Assembly (NCBI GenBank): GCA_030593885.1
Contig: JAUVGH010000001.1
Location: 40,463 to 104,462 of the forward strand
Reading direction: 5' to 3'
DNA: 64,000 bases
From: Methanomassiliicoccales archaeon
GTDB taxonomy: Archaea > Thermoplasmatota > Thermoplasmata > RBG-16-68-12 > SOIM01
The notes beneath the pieces were generated by a model. It had not been told where the DNA came from. It saw nothing but the letters and a program-made list of their open reading frames with translations, and ran no database searches. Numbering within the stretch: position 1 is the first letter of the stretch; each line of letters begins with the position of its first letter. A program made the translations under genes and the position numbers. This document shows, in pieces, positions 9,901 through 19,955 of this stretch.

Positions 9901-11703
9901 TTGATCGAGAAGGCCGAGCTGGAGATGAGTGAAGATAACATCATCGATGCCATGGACACATGCGACCTGGCCGAAGAGAGGATCACGAAGCTCAGAAAGA
10001 TGCATGAAAGATGGACCGGTGTCAAGGTGTCAGTTGATGAGGCCCTTAATGAGGCAACCCGCTTCGGCATCGGGGTCAAGGATTTCGAGACCAGACTGGA
10101 GATGCTTGAAGAATCCCAGGACTACGAATCATCGATACCGGAAATGGACAAGATACTGGACGACCTCAACGCAAGGAAGACAACGATGAGCACCAGAACA
10201 CTGGAGGACATTCAAACCACCCGGGAAAAGCTCGAGGATCTCATCGAGGATGGTGCAGCTGGCGGCGATCTGATGGACCTTCTCAAGAAGGCCGAGAAGG
10301 ATGTTCAGGAAGAGGAATACCTGTCGGCCCGCAAGAACATCATAGAGGCGGGCAGGGCGACCGAGCAGCTCAAGAATGACCACGAGAGTTTCGTTGCAGT
10401 GGTGGAGCAGGTCAAATCCGGGGTCGAAGAGGCTGCCGAGGCAGGCATGGACGTCAACGATGTCCTGGCAGAACTGGAAGATATCAGGAACTCAGAGTAC
10501 GATTACAAATCAAGGATCCAATTGGTGCGCGATCTGGGAGAGAAGTCAGCCGGAACTGCCGAGAGCCTGAGCCAAGAAGCCTCCGAGGCCATCTCCGAAG
10601 CTCGGGACATTCTGGACGACCTGAAAGCCAAGGGATTGACCGTCGGCGATGCCGAAAGCCTCCTGCTGGGGGCCGAGGACATGATGGGCGAGGGAAACAC
10701 CTTCGAGGCGAAAAGACTGGCACTTGAGGCCAAGACCCTGGCAGAGGAATCGTCAAGTCTGGCCGAGGAGAAAGAGGCCGAGATCAAGCGCGCCAGGGAA
10801 GCCATCGAAAAGGCCGCTGTCTGGGGCGTCAGCGTGTCCAATCTGGCGGGCGACCTGCAAGATGCTCTGAGGACCTCTAACGGCGCAGAGGCAATCCGGA
10901 AACTGAGGATGGTTGCCGAGGAGGCGGACAGCCTCAGGATGTCCTTGAGCGAGGATGCTGACGCTGATCTCGATGGCATCCGAATGGAGATCCAGAAACT
11001 GAAAGGGAAAGGTGTCCAAGTATCCAACCTGGAGGCCGTGCTGGCTTCCGCCGAGGAACTTATGTCACACGGAAAGGTGGACGAGGCCAATGAACTCATC
11101 GAGGCTCTGAACAAGGAAAAGTCGGGGCTGGATGAACTGGATTCAGATTTAGCGGATTTGAATGAGTCTCTTGACGAAGAAATGAAGAACATGGAAGTGA
11201 GAAAGAACGACCTGGCATCCATCGAGAGGGAAAGGGCGGAGATACAATCTCTCGGTCTTACCAAGGAAGCGCTGGAGAGGACGGAGGCCTTGCTGACCAT
11301 GGTCGCCACCGTCAAGAGGGAGCTCAGAGAGAGCACCGAGACGAGGCTGGGAGAGGTCCGGGAATTTGTCAACGAGCTCAGCGAGAAGGGCGAAGACGTT
11401 GAAGATGCCGTTTCAGTCCTATATGAGGCCGAAGAGGCACTCGCGGACGACGGATATCTTAAGGCACTGGCCAAGATCAACAGAGCTGCCGAGGTCGGAG
11501 AAAGCATCGACAAGAAGCACACCTTCGACAACTCACTCATGGAGACGGAGGAACTCCTGAAGGTCGCCAACGAAGAGGGCGTGGACGTGAACGACCTGAT
11601 GGAGGATCTTGAGAACCTTCGAGACGGGGACGACTACGCTCAGATGACCGAGACCCTCAAGATAATAGAAGAAGAGACCAACAAGCGCCGGAACGGGACC
11701 TAG
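6973..11703 (+). CDS. Giant (1576 aa) membrane-anchored alpha-helical repeat protein, function unknown
   Basis: Single uninterrupted ORF. Two N-terminal hydrophobic helices (YIFFWAIIALLLAIGLLCLFLSFPLVF and IAVILLILGLLLITVSGAL) are flanked by K/R (KRRE before, RQARLLARLRQL after). The remaining ~1490 aa are E/K/L/A/D-rich with regularly spaced G-[VIL]-x-[VL] turns. No Walker or other catalytic motifs seen. Confidence 0.9.
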   Translation: MWVLKRREGSVNYIFFWAIIALLLAIGLLCLFLSFPLVFGNASALVVDENIAVILLILGLLLITVSGALSIRQARLLARLRQLTMMKDNARSGLRLAESMGIDTQRADVLYKSAQANVGFRKIKESEAAMTDCTAILESQLTLHTDKLLEKTKSRMELKRDSTGILFKDESLRPIEEELENGDYWEVSRLLRAHSISSDRIEGLWYTLKKAKRLGIPIEEDLKDLKDILIEFNKGNFSDARVGSIRTRDSLNVRMKRYVQQNYVTPVYRKINSLGNRGIVSEDARELMAKAGTNLLAANIENTIKMASLGGSSIDEATKVAINESFEKLDDIATRAERLGVDVSSYPHRTDIAKSDLEEGRLEKSLDVLRNAEMSMTKEMNFVVVEQFVPLRKSIDTLFLVPESRLELVEILDGADGERKKGNFEEAVEMAEKLADKIQIEKKESLRAIKSSAKKLGTKVEELEEKGVPTKKIKKAMKISEEAALEENFVGAMEILLNVTEIVNKNLALHKDSVRTMEELATLLDRTKDKGVKVADLRKKMKALEKVTDLEQVISKAKRIEEVALQRMTDATERTTVKLMKMRDQLHSLLELGVDVGEVPKLIGEAESSVEKQNFKKAEKIAKKAEQQLEVAIDLSEMFDDLLGQIAETFTLLDTAGVPTTVFESDLQNITTERNADTLEELTRFLDEVRAEKDRIRSQARDTLEEAGTLVQEHRDISFDDENEIIAKATEAYDDGRFSQAFEVAVEAVGRTKKKVELFENSTEACEALGEIIRRLSEGGFDAHSLESDLQICEMDSDPSSRIEKIRTLEAEVKRTESKLVQNMDWAAVEARHGISLLKGNEVSSDDLSEMLTSANELAEKLKYRDAEKKARNVRDLAEERIQQFREAKDRMSSLEHIVNRAKEMGVSLDELEEDISWLESSDDYSHIIEKSGLLFDRINNLFEGNRDDVRDSLSRLRETAAEMEQIGIRAKTVLELIEKAELEMSEDNIIDAMDTCDLAEERITKLRKMHERWTGVKVSVDEALNEATRFGIGVKDFETRLEMLEESQDYESSIPEMDKILDDLNARKTTMSTRTLEDIQTTREKLEDLIEDGAAGGDLMDLLKKAEKDVQEEEYLSARKNIIEAGRATEQLKNDHESFVAVVEQVKSGVEEAAEAGMDVNDVLAELEDIRNSEYDYKSRIQLVRDLGEKSAGTAESLSQEASEAISEARDILDDLKAKGLTVGDAESLLLGAEDMMGEGNTFEAKRLALEAKTLAEESSSLAEEKEAEIKRAREAIEKAAVWGVSVSNLAGDLQDALRTSNGAEAIRKLRMVAEEADSLRMSLSEDADADLDGIRMEIQKLKGKGVQVSNLEAVLASAEELMSHGKVDEANELIEALNKEKSGLDELDSDLADLNESLDEEMKNMEVRKNDLASIERERAEIQSLGLTKEALERTEALLTMVATVKRELRESTETRLGEVREFVNELSEKGEDVEDAVSVLYEAEEALADDGYLKALAKINRAAEVGESIDKKHTFDNSLMETEELLKVANEEGVDVNDLMEDLENLRDGDDYAQMTETLKIIEEETNKRRNGT

Positions 11704-11807
11704 GAACAGTACTGGCTATCTGATTCTCGATACGGATTCTAACCACAAAACTTTTTAGAACAGAGCTACATATGACTACCCTACACACGCACCATAGGGG
11801 GTAAAAG

Positions 11808-14800
11808 TTGGGCAGAATAATCGGTAAAATGGCTCCCCTTCTCATCGCTGCCCTTTTCCTCGTGGGTTCGTTATCGCCTTTGTTGACACCCGGAAAAGGA
11901 AGCGTCCAGAGCCAACAAACAGAAGAGGCGTTGCAGGAACCGCTTCCTCGGGGTGAATATCTCTTTGGTCCGGTCTCGGGTCAGAGGTATCTCATCGTCA
12001 AGGACATGGTCGAGGAGAGGACCAGCTACCTTGGGGAAAGCATTCTTTTCGAGGACCTTGAATCACTGGCAGAGTATGAACTGGGCCTTGCGGATGGGTC
12101 TTCGTATAAGATCGATGCCAAACTTCTGGAGGCCATGGGTGACGAGAGCTTGCAGAACGAGATCGTTTCCATCGTGGTGGAGATGAGGGAACAGCCTTCC
12201 CACGAGATCAGCCTGAAGACCAGGGCGGAGCACAAGCCTGCGCTCCAGGCACTGATGGACGAGAGGACTGCGATATATCAGGGTGCAAAGGCCAGGATAC
12301 CCGTTGATGCAGTTTCCATCATAGGACTGATCGAGAACACCATGACGTCATCCGAGGTCAGCCACCTGGAGCAGACCAACCTGAAGATCGACCTTAAGAC
12401 GTACGAGATCCGAAAGGAGATATTGGACATCACCGAGGTCGAGAACGCCCTTATCCAGGAAGATCTGTACAGCCGCCTTGGATCATTGGGCTACCGAATG
12501 GGCTATCAGGGGCATCTCTTCAATTCCTTCTCAGCCTGGGTCCCGGTCCACTCGATCGAAGCGATTGCTGATAGACAGGATGTAGGATTCGTCCACGCCA
12601 GTTTCAAGATGTACCCCCACCTGGACCACAGTCCTAACGCGATATACGCCAACGTCATGTGGAACAGCGGAATCGCCGGAGGACCCTGGGACCTAGTTGT
12701 TACCGATACTGGAATCAACGGAACACACCCCAACCTCCGCGAGGAATTCGAGAAGGTCGTTCACGACAACGGCCAGTTCGACCCAAGGTACATAGATAAT
12801 CCACTATCAACAGATGATTTCCACGGCCACGGGACTCACATCGCAGGCATCATCCTGAGCAACGACACCACCTACCAGGGCGTTGCATACGGCATGCGCA
12901 ACCTTATCGACGGCAAGTTCGGATATGACACGAGCGACGGACTGGGCGGAGGAGACTGGGGAGACTTCATGAAGATCACCGATTGGGCGGTCCAGACGGC
13001 CGGCGCTGATATCCTGAGCCTCAGCTACGGAGGCGGAGGCCTTACCAACGGCAACAGCGGACCCTCCAGATTCCTGGACGCGGTAATAGACGACCTCGGC
13101 ATCCCGATCGCCGTTTCAGCCGGCAACTCAGGTCCGGGCTCAGGTACGGTTGGCATTCCTGGTGATGCATTCAACATATTCAGCGTTGGGAGCATGAACG
13201 ATGCCAATTCCGACTCAAGGGTCGGGGACTCCCTCAGCGGTTTCAGCAGCCGGGGTCCTCTGGACGACGGAAGGATCGCACCGACCGTTGTGGCACCTGG
13301 ACAGAACATCATGTCCACAAACAACAAGTGGGCGACCGCGAACGATTTCATCTCCATGTCCGGGACGAGCATGGCAGCACCCCATGTCGCAGCCGCCACC
13401 CTTCTGATGCTGAACTACACCAACGATTCATCTCTTTTCCCCGCCGTGTACAGGGCACTCATGATCAACCATGCCGAGGACTGGGGGGTCGCAGGCGTGG
13501 ACAACGTTACCGGATGGGGCTACATCGACATGGACAAGACGCTCACCTGGATGGACTACCACATCGAAGGATTCGTCAACGATTCCCTCAGGTACAGGTT
13601 CTACAGGGGTTCTGTGGCCGCCGACGACAAGGCGACCCTGGCCTGGCAGAAGCATTCCATCTACATCGGCACCAGCTATCCCTTCCAGCACTGGCCGCCC
13701 AACGATCTCGATCTGTTCGTGTACGAGATGCCCACCAGGAACGAACTGGGACACTCCAGCTACTCTCTGAGCAATGTCGAACAGCTGAATTTCAATTCCG
13801 CCAGGGGAGACATTCTATTCAAGGTGAGGGCCTTCGGGACCATCATGGGTCCTGCGGACGAACCCTTCTCGCTCGCGCACATGGGAAGCTACACCGAGGT
13901 CATCCCTCCATATTACACAGTCGATGTCAGCGCTCCTTCCAACGTTCTCTTCGGGAGCCAGTTCACCGTGTTCGCCAATATCACCAACTTGGGACAGCTC
14001 GAGGGTTGGAACGTGAACGGACGCATCAACCTTCCCGGGGGACTCACCTTGCTCGGAGGTTCGAACCCCTCTCTGATAGGGAATCTTGTCAACGGGGCCA
14101 CCGGCATGGTCTCCTGGCAGGTTAGGGCCGACGCGGTCGGAGCACAGGCGTTCAATGTGGACGGTTATTCCACTTCCCTCGGCGAGACCTTCCTCAACAA
14201 CAGCGGGAACATCATCGTGGATGTCATAGATGTCGAGCTGCCCTTGATCCTGGACGTGAACGCACAGCCCAATCCGCAGGAGGTCTACGGGCTCGTGAAC
14301 ATCTCCTCACTCGTACTGGACAACACAGGCGTGAACAGGGTGGACGTGACCATCACAAAACCCGACCTGACTCCCTTCGGGAACTTCACCATGGGCTTCG
14401 ATGTAGGTTCCGGGAAGTACTTCTATTACGATACATACCCCGACCTGGGGGATTACACGTTCGACATCTGGGCCGAGGACATCAACAGCAACTGGAACAC
14501 ATCAGGTGGGATGTTCACGATACAGGACACCACCCCTCCGGAGTTGAGCAACCTTCTGGCCGTGCCGTCTCCTCAGGAGGTTTTTGGATTTGTCAATATC
14601 TCTTTGGACGTGACGGACAATTTCCTCTTATCCAATGTATGGGTGGAGATCACCGACCCGTTATCGGCCGTGACCAACTTCAGCATGAACAGCGGGTTCT
14701 TCGACAGTTTCTATCATGATGACGCTTACAATGTCCTCGGAACGTTCAACTTCATAGCTTGGGCTGTCGACAGTCTGGGGTTATGGAACTCCACCGGGGG

Positions 14801-17102
14801 GCAGTTCGTCGTTCAGGATTCGACCTTCCCCATTGCCGATGCGGGACCTGATCAATTCAATGTACTTATCGGGACATTGGTCAACTTCGACGGTACTGGA
14901 TCCAGCGACAACTACCAGATCGCATCCTATGTGTGGACCTTCTTCGATGGGGCTCCACAGACCATGATGGGGGTGACTCCCCAATACACATTCCTGACAG
15001 CATTCTGCTATGATGTCGATCTGAACGTTACAGATACAGCCGGCAACTATGCGCTAGACACCATGCGGGTGTGCACCATAGAACGCAATCCGCCTCTCAT
15101 TCAGAACGTGGCCGCTACACCGAACCCGCAGGAGATCTTCGGCTTCGTGAACATCTCAGCAGACGTGTGGGATGATTACGGGTTGGTCGGTGTGTGGATC
15201 AAGGTCGTTGCACCAGACATGACAACCACCAACGTGTCCATGACATCCGGGCCTGGTGACCTCTACTACTACCGCAGGATGTACACCGAGCTGGGAACGT
15301 ATGATTTCACCATCTGGACAATTGATGTATACGACAACTGGAACTCCTCACAGGGTTCGTTCATCATCGACGATTGGACGCCTCCCGAGATGAACAACGT
15401 TGGTATCAATCCAGCAACCCAGCAAATACATGGATCCGTGAACATCACCCTGTTCGTGACCGATAACCATCAGGTGGACCAGGTCCTCATCGACATCACC
15501 GACCCCGACGGCCTTACTCTAACCAACACCTCAATGAGCTTCTTCATCTTGGCACTTCAGCACTTCTACAAGGACTTCTACGACAAACTGGGCACGTACA
15601 ACCTCACCATCTGGGCGAGCGATTTCAGCGGCAACTGGAACAGCTCCAGTGAGTCTTTCGTCATACATGACACCCTTTTCCCGATATTCATCAGCATCGG
15701 TGCCGATCCCAACCCGCAGGAGGTGTTCTTCGAGGTCAACATAACCACGTCCGTTTCGGACAACCACATGGTCATCGGAGCGTGGGTCAACGTCAGCGAC
15801 CCGAGCGGCGGTTTCGTGGGGAACTACTCCATGAACGAGGAAAGCCCTGGGAATTACTGGCTCTCAAGGAGTTACGATCTTCTTGGACGGTTCGACTTCA
15901 TGATATGGGCGTCCGACCTCGTGGGCAACTGGAACTCGCTGGGCAGGCCCTTCAGGATAGAGGACGGTACCAGACCCTCGGTGACGCCGCTTCAAAGCAA
16001 TCCGCAGGTCGAAGTGTACAGCGACCTCAATCTCACCGCGAACGCAACGGACAACTTCGAGCTCGCAGGAGTCTGGGTGATCATCTACACTCCCGCAGGC
16101 AGTCCGATGGGCAACTTCACCATGGTCGAGAATCCGGGAGTCGTGGCCAACTATTATTATGAGCAGCTGTCATTCGGCTCTCTCGGCGAGTTCTCCTACT
16201 TCATGGCCGTCAAGGACACAAGCGGTAACTGGAACGCCTCGTGGGAGACGTTCACTGTGGTTGACCAGACGCCGCCTGTCGCGGATGCGGGTCCGGGACG
16301 AGCTGTCGTGCAGGGGACGGTCGTTTCCTTGGACGGAGGGGGAAGCAGCGACAATTTCGGCAACGTGGATGAGTTCAACTGGACGTTCGATCATGATGGA
16401 AGCCCTGTATTGCTGACGGGGTCCAACCCATTGTATACCTTTGATATTCCTGGCAACTACACAATAACCCTCGAAGTGACCGATTCATCCGGTAACAAGG
16501 ACACGGACACAACATGGGTCGACGTCACCGCCAAGGACAGCGACGGTGACGGTCTGACGGACGATTACGAGAACCAGATAGGGACAGACCCGCTCAAAAG
16601 GGACTCGGACGACGACGGTCTGGATGATGGGGAAGAGATCGCCATCGGGACCGACCCGCTTGACAACGACACCGACGACGACGGGATACTTGACGGACAG
16701 GACGACCTTCCGCTAATACCCAACGAGGATGACGGAACCACTGGGGGGAACTTCCTAGCAGAGTACTGGTGGATTATATTGCTGATGATCCTCTTGATCG
16801 CCATCGCACTTCCAATAATCTTCGCCAGCGGCAGGAAACGGAAGAAGGAAGAGAAAGAGAAACTCAGGGAGAAGAAGAGGAGACAGGCGAGGCTCAGGAA
16901 GAAGAGGGCCGCCCGGAGGGCCAGGATGGAAGCTGAAATGCTCCCACCACCGATGGAAGAAGATTTGGTGCCCGAACCTGACGAACCGCCTCCGCCGCCG
17001 GACAAAGAGGCTCCACCGCCTCCGGATGAGACGCCTGCGCCGCCCGACAAGGAGACGCCCCCGCCTCCTGACGACGAAGCACCGCCGCCACCGACTGATT
17101 AG
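11808..17102 (+). CDS. Giant (1764 aa) secreted, membrane-anchored subtilisin-like (S8) protease with repeat, PKD-like and TSP3-like modules
   Basis: Signal/anchor [15 protein letters not shown]. Triad motifs [14 protein letters not shown] (Asp), [11 protein letters not shown] (His), [13 protein letters not shown] (Ser). Six ~97-aa repeats (..[29 protein letters not shown]). Two PKD-like modules ([15 protein letters not shown] and [15 protein letters not shown]). DxDxDG calcium-type repeats ([30 protein letters not shown]). TM helix [20 protein letters not shown], then a K/R/E-rich stretch and a PPPPD-repeat tail. The start could be TTG 11808 or ATG 11829. Confidence 0.9.
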   Translation: MGRIIGKMAPLLIAALFLVGSLSPLLTPGKGSVQSQQTEEALQEPLPRGEYLFGPVSGQRYLIVKDMVEERTSYLGESILFEDLESLAEYELGLADGSSYKIDAKLLEAMGDESLQNEIVSIVVEMREQPSHEISLKTRAEHKPALQALMDERTAIYQGAKARIPVDAVSIIGLIENTMTSSEVSHLEQTNLKIDLKTYEIRKEILDITEVENALIQEDLYSRLGSLGYRMGYQGHLFNSFSAWVPVHSIEAIADRQDVGFVHASFKMYPHLDHSPNAIYANVMWNSGIAGGPWDLVVTDTGINGTHPNLREEFEKVVHDNGQFDPRYIDNPLSTDDFHGHGTHIAGIILSNDTTYQGVAYGMRNLIDGKFGYDTSDGLGGGDWGDFMKITDWAVQTAGADILSLSYGGGGLTNGNSGPSRFLDAVIDDLGIPIAVSAGNSGPGSGTVGIPGDAFNIFSVGSMNDANSDSRVGDSLSGFSSRGPLDDGRIAPTVVAPGQNIMSTNNKWATANDFISMSGTSMAAPHVAAATLLMLNYTNDSSLFPAVYRALMINHAEDWGVAGVDNVTGWGYIDMDKTLTWMDYHIEGFVNDSLRYRFYRGSVAADDKATLAWQKHSIYIGTSYPFQHWPPNDLDLFVYEMPTRNELGHSSYSLSNVEQLNFNSARGDILFKVRAFGTIMGPADEPFSLAHMGSYTEVIPPYYTVDVSAPSNVLFGSQFTVFANITNLGQLEGWNVNGRINLPGGLTLLGGSNPSLIGNLVNGATGMVSWQVRADAVGAQAFNVDGYSTSLGETFLNNSGNIIVDVIDVELPLILDVNAQPNPQEVYGLVNISSLVLDNTGVNRVDVTITKPDLTPFGNFTMGFDVGSGKYFYYDTYPDLGDYTFDIWAEDINSNWNTSGGMFTIQDTTPPELSNLLAVPSPQEVFGFVNISLDVTDNFLLSNVWVEITDPLSAVTNFSMNSGFFDSFYHDDAYNVLGTFNFIAWAVDSLGLWNSTGGQFVVQDSTFPIADAGPDQFNVLIGTLVNFDGTGSSDNYQIASYVWTFFDGAPQTMMGVTPQYTFLTAFCYDVDLNVTDTAGNYALDTMRVCTIERNPPLIQNVAATPNPQEIFGFVNISADVWDDYGLVGVWIKVVAPDMTTTNVSMTSGPGDLYYYRRMYTELGTYDFTIWTIDVYDNWNSSQGSFIIDDWTPPEMNNVGINPATQQIHGSVNITLFVTDNHQVDQVLIDITDPDGLTLTNTSMSFFILALQHFYKDFYDKLGTYNLTIWASDFSGNWNSSSESFVIHDTLFPIFISIGADPNPQEVFFEVNITTSVSDNHMVIGAWVNVSDPSGGFVGNYSMNEESPGNYWLSRSYDLLGRFDFMIWASDLVGNWNSLGRPFRIEDGTRPSVTPLQSNPQVEVYSDLNLTANATDNFELAGVWVIIYTPAGSPMGNFTMVENPGVVANYYYEQLSFGSLGEFSYFMAVKDTSGNWNASWETFTVVDQTPPVADAGPGRAVVQGTVVSLDGGGSSDNFGNVDEFNWTFDHDGSPVLLTGSNPLYTFDIPGNYTITLEVTDSSGNKDTDTTWVDVTAKDSDGDGLTDDYENQIGTDPLKRDSDDDGLDDGEEIAIGTDPLDNDTDDDGILDGQDDLPLIPNEDDGTTGGNFLAEYWWIILLMILLIAIALPIIFASGRKRKKEEKEKLREKKRRQARLRKKRAARRARMEAEMLPPPMEEDLVPEPDEPPPPPDKEAPPPPDETPAPPDKETPPPPDDEAPPPPTD

Positions 17103-17121
17103 TTCTGAAGAAGACCGAGTT

Positions 17122-17472
17122 CTACCCGCTCATCAACTTAACGATAGCCTCAGCAGGTTCTCCATCGCATTCTTCCAGGGCCTTCTTGGCTTCCTCTTCA
17201 GAGACATTTGCCTTCTCCGCGACCAGCTTTATGTCCTCTAAAGGGATGCTCACGTCCCCGTCCCTCTCGGCCACATCCGCGGTCCCGACTATCTGCCAGG
17301 TCTCCTGCCCTTGAACGGTCGTCCTGGTCACATCCGGGTTCCTGAAAACATACTCATTTGAAACAGTTCTGATGATGACCTCCTCAACTCCCTCTATCTC
17401 CTCGGTCTCGATCCCCATCTGTTTCATCATTCTCTTCATCTGTCTCGGATTCATCCGTCCGCCTGGAATCAT
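17122..17472 (-). CDS. nac: Nascent polypeptide-associated complex protein (archaeal NAC)
   Basis: The 116-aa product starts MIPGGRMNPRQMKRMMKQMGIETEEI.., the typical NAC N-terminus. It has a NAC beta-barrel segment and a UBA-like C-terminus (SEEEAKKALEECDGEPAEAIVKL). The 93-aa upstream extension in the track ORF overlaps the ABCE1 start and is not NAC-like. Confidence 0.85.
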   Translation of the reverse strand: MIPGGRMNPRQMKRMMKQMGIETEEIEGVEEVIIRTVSNEYVFRNPDVTRTTVQGQETWQIVGTADVAERDGDVSIPLEDIKLVAEKANVSEEEAKKALEECDGEPAEAIVKLMSG

Positions 17473-17520
17473 ACGAATCACTTTGGTAATCTGACTCTCT
17501 CTAAAAAAGCGTTGGGATTG

Positions 17521-17528
17521 TTTAAATA
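17521..17528 (+). promoter_or_regulatory. TATA-box-like element for ABCE1 (probably a leaderless transcript)
   Basis: TTTAAATA lies ~24 nt upstream of the GTG at 17552 that yields the canonical ABCE1 N-terminus. Confidence 0.45.
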
Positions 17529-17551
17529 GATTGGTCCTATTGAAAGGGTTC

Positions 17552-19321
17552 GTGAGAATCGCGGTACTTCTGAGGGATAGGTGCCAGTCCAAGAGATGTT
17601 CCCTCGAATGCATCAGATATTGCCCTCCGGTGAGAACGGGTAGCGAAGCGATCGTCTTGGGGGAGGACGGTAGAGCTGTCATATCCGAGGAGCTGTGCGT
17701 CGGGTGCGGCATCTGCGTCAACAAGTGCCCTTTCGACGCCATCAGGATCATAGGCCTTCCCGAGGAATTGGAGGGGGAATTGGTACATCAGTACGGTGAG
17801 AACGGCTTTCAGCTCTACAGACTGCCCTGTCCGAAGAGCGGTATGGTGGTGGGTCTGCTGGGCCCAAACGGGATTGGAAAGACAACCGTCATCTCCATAC
17901 TTTCAGGAAGACTTGTGCCAAATCTGGGGGAATATGACGAGGAACCCGACTGGGAGCCGGTGCTCGAGCATTTCGCCGGGACGGAACTTCACGATTATCT
18001 CGAGAAGATCGCTGAAGGAGAATGGGGGGCGGCAATGAAGCCGCAGTACGTGGACCAGCTCGGAAAGGTGTACAAAGGAGTCGTCTCCGACCTTCTCAAG
18101 AAGGCAGATCACAACGACAAGCTCTCGGATGTTCAGGATGAACTGGAGCTTGCCAGCTTCATGAACAAGGATGTGAAGAAGCTCTCGGGAGGGGAGATGC
18201 AGCGACTGGCCATCGCTGCCACACTGCTCAAAGAGGCGGATGTCTACTTCTTCGACGAGCCTTCATCGTACCTGGATATCTACCAGCGCCTCCAGGTCGC
18301 AAAATCCATCCAGAAGCTCGCCGAGAACAAACCCGCGGTGGTGGTGGAGCACGATCTGGCCGTCTTCGATTTCCTCGCTACCAACGTCTATCTCATGTAC
18401 GGGTCAGAGGGGGCATTCGGCGTTCTTTCCCATCCGCGCCAGGTGAGGTCGGCCATCAACGTCTACCTTGGAGGCTACATGAAGGAGGAGAACGTCCGGT
18501 TCAGGGACACCGAGATCAAGTTCGAGTCCCACCCGCCCAGGAAGGAATGGTCGAAGGTTCCGTTGCTGCACTTTGAGCCGCTTAAGAAGAGGTTCAAGAA
18601 CTTCACCTTGAGCACTGGTGAGGGTAGTATCGGCATTGGAGAGGTCGTTGGGGTGGTCGGTCCCAACGCCACAGGAAAGACCACCTTCGTCAAGATGCTG
18701 GCGGGCGAGTTCAAGCCCACTGCGGGGACGGTTAGCACCGAGGTGAAGGTCAGCTACAAGCCTCAATACCTGGAGACCAAGTTCGCGGGTTCGGTGAAGG
18801 AGCTCTTCATGACAGAGATGTACGAGGAGTTCCAGGAGGACTTCTTCCAGGGCCAGATACTTCAGCCGCTGGGGGTCGCCCCACACCTTGAGAGGGAGTT
18901 GAAGAGTCTATCCGGAGGCGAACTGCAGAGGGTCGCCATCGCTCTGTGTCTCGGAAGGACGGCGGACCTGTACCTCATTGACGAACCTTCTGCCTACCTG
19001 GACTCCAACCAGAGGATGCAGGCGGCCAAGACTATCAGAAGGACCATGGAGAAGAAAGGGCTGAGCGGGCTCATTGTGGACCACGACGTCTATTTCCTGG
19101 ATCTCGTATCGGATTCTCTGATGGTCTTCGGCGGAGAGCCGGGGATTAGTGGCATTGGTGAAGGCCCATTCGGAATGAGGGACGGGATGAACAAGTTCCT
19201 GAAGATGGTGGAGATAACTTTCAGAAGGGACAGCGAGACCAACAGGCCCAGGATCAACAAGTTCGGATCTTCAAAGGACAGGGACCAGAAGGCAAAAGGC
19301 GAATACTACTACTCTTCCTGA
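17552..19321 (+). CDS. abce1: ABCE1 / RNase L inhibitor-type ribosome recycling ATPase
   Basis: From GTG 17552 the product begins (M)RIAVLLRDRCQSKRCSLECIRYCPPVRTG.., which is the N-terminal 2x[4Fe-4S] domain (CVGCGICVNKCP). Two ABC cassettes follow (GLLGPNGIGKTT and GVVGPNATGKTT, each with LSGGE signatures). Confidence 0.92.
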   Translation: MRIAVLLRDRCQSKRCSLECIRYCPPVRTGSEAIVLGEDGRAVISEELCVGCGICVNKCPFDAIRIIGLPEELEGELVHQYGENGFQLYRLPCPKSGMVVGLLGPNGIGKTTVISILSGRLVPNLGEYDEEPDWEPVLEHFAGTELHDYLEKIAEGEWGAAMKPQYVDQLGKVYKGVVSDLLKKADHNDKLSDVQDELELASFMNKDVKKLSGGEMQRLAIAATLLKEADVYFFDEPSSYLDIYQRLQVAKSIQKLAENKPAVVVEHDLAVFDFLATNVYLMYGSEGAFGVLSHPRQVRSAINVYLGGYMKEENVRFRDTEIKFESHPPRKEWSKVPLLHFEPLKKRFKNFTLSTGEGSIGIGEVVGVVGPNATGKTTFVKMLAGEFKPTAGTVSTEVKVSYKPQYLETKFAGSVKELFMTEMYEEFQEDFFQGQILQPLGVAPHLERELKSLSGGELQRVAIALCLGRTADLYLIDEPSAYLDSNQRMQAAKTIRRTMEKKGLSGLIVDHDVYFLDLVSDSLMVFGGEPGISGIGEGPFGMRDGMNKFLKMVEITFRRDSETNRPRINKFGSSKDRDQKAKGEYYYSS

Positions 19322-19935
19322 TTCTTCTTTCTTTTCCAGAGGAAATATGCTACCAGCACCAGCAACAAGCTCAGAAGTACGGCCATATCGAAGTACTCGA
19401 AGGTCTCTGCCAGGCCAAACACCGCATCGCCAAGGAAATAGCCCAGTAGGGCCAGCACCGTGTTCCAGACCATCGCTCCGGCGAACGTGAATATCAGGAA
19501 ATTGCGGAGCTTCATCTTACCTATTCCAGCTGGGAATGAGATGAACGACCTGGTTCCAGGCAGGGAATGCCCGATGAAAATTGCAGCATCACCGTACTTC
19601 TCGAACCAATCCTCAGCTTTGACGATGTGCTCTTCTTTGAGACGGAAGTACTTGCCGTACTTACGGATGAAAGGTCTCCCCAGACTGTAGCCAATGTAAT
19701 ACGCTCCAGTGGAACCAATGACCGCTCCAAGAGAACCCACCAGGATGACGAGGACTATGTTGAACTGGCCCTGGGCCGCCAGGTAACCGGCGAACGGCAT
19801 GATTATCTCGCTGGGAATGGGTGTTACTATGCCCTCGACCAACATCGCCAGGAAGATACCGGGATAGCCGACCGCCTGGATAACTTCCTTGAACCAGGTC
19901 GCAATCGGAAGCAGGAATGAAGCCATTGAGTTCAC
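19309..19935 (-). CDS. DedA/VTT-family membrane protein
   Basis: Typical DedA pattern: GYPGIFLAMLVEGIVTPIPSEII..RPFIRKYGKYF..KAEDWFEKYGDAAIFIGHSLPGTRSFISFPAGIGKM. Its 3' end converges on and overlaps ABCE1 by 13 nt. Confidence 0.8.
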   Translation of the reverse strand: MNSMASFLLPIATWFKEVIQAVGYPGIFLAMLVEGIVTPIPSEIIMPFAGYLAAQGQFNIVLVILVGSLGAVIGSTGAYYIGYSLGRPFIRKYGKYFRLKEEHIVKAEDWFEKYGDAAIFIGHSLPGTRSFISFPAGIGKMKLRNFLIFTFAGAMVWNTVLALLGYFLGDAVFGLAETFEYFDMAVLLSLLLVLVAYFLWKRKKNQEE

Positions 19936-19955
19936 TACGCATACGACAAAAACAG

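Noticed and set aside
10503-11570. 355-aa antisense ORF inside the giant repeat gene (also 8007-8711, 8730-9155 and 9750-10079)
   Set aside because: These Ser/Ala/Leu-rich products are the mirror image of the E/K/L-rich sense codons (GAG/GAA/AAG read as CTC/TTC/CTT). There are no independent start signals. This is a typical antisense artefact of a long biased ORF.
16984-17099. The PPPPD repeat region as a DNA-level tandem repeat or slippage artefact
   Set aside because: The codons differ between copies (ccgcctccgccgccg, ccaccgcctccg, cccccgcctcct, ccgccgccaccg). It is therefore a protein-level repeat rather than a perfect microsatellite, and it is kept as a protein feature instead.
17473-17751. 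N-terminal 93-aa extension of the NAC ORF (track ORF 17122-17751)
   Set aside because: The extension is not NAC-like. It would run through the NAC/ABCE1 divergent promoter (TTTAAATA at 17521) and overlap the ABCE1 coding start. The internal Met gives the canonical NAC N-terminus.
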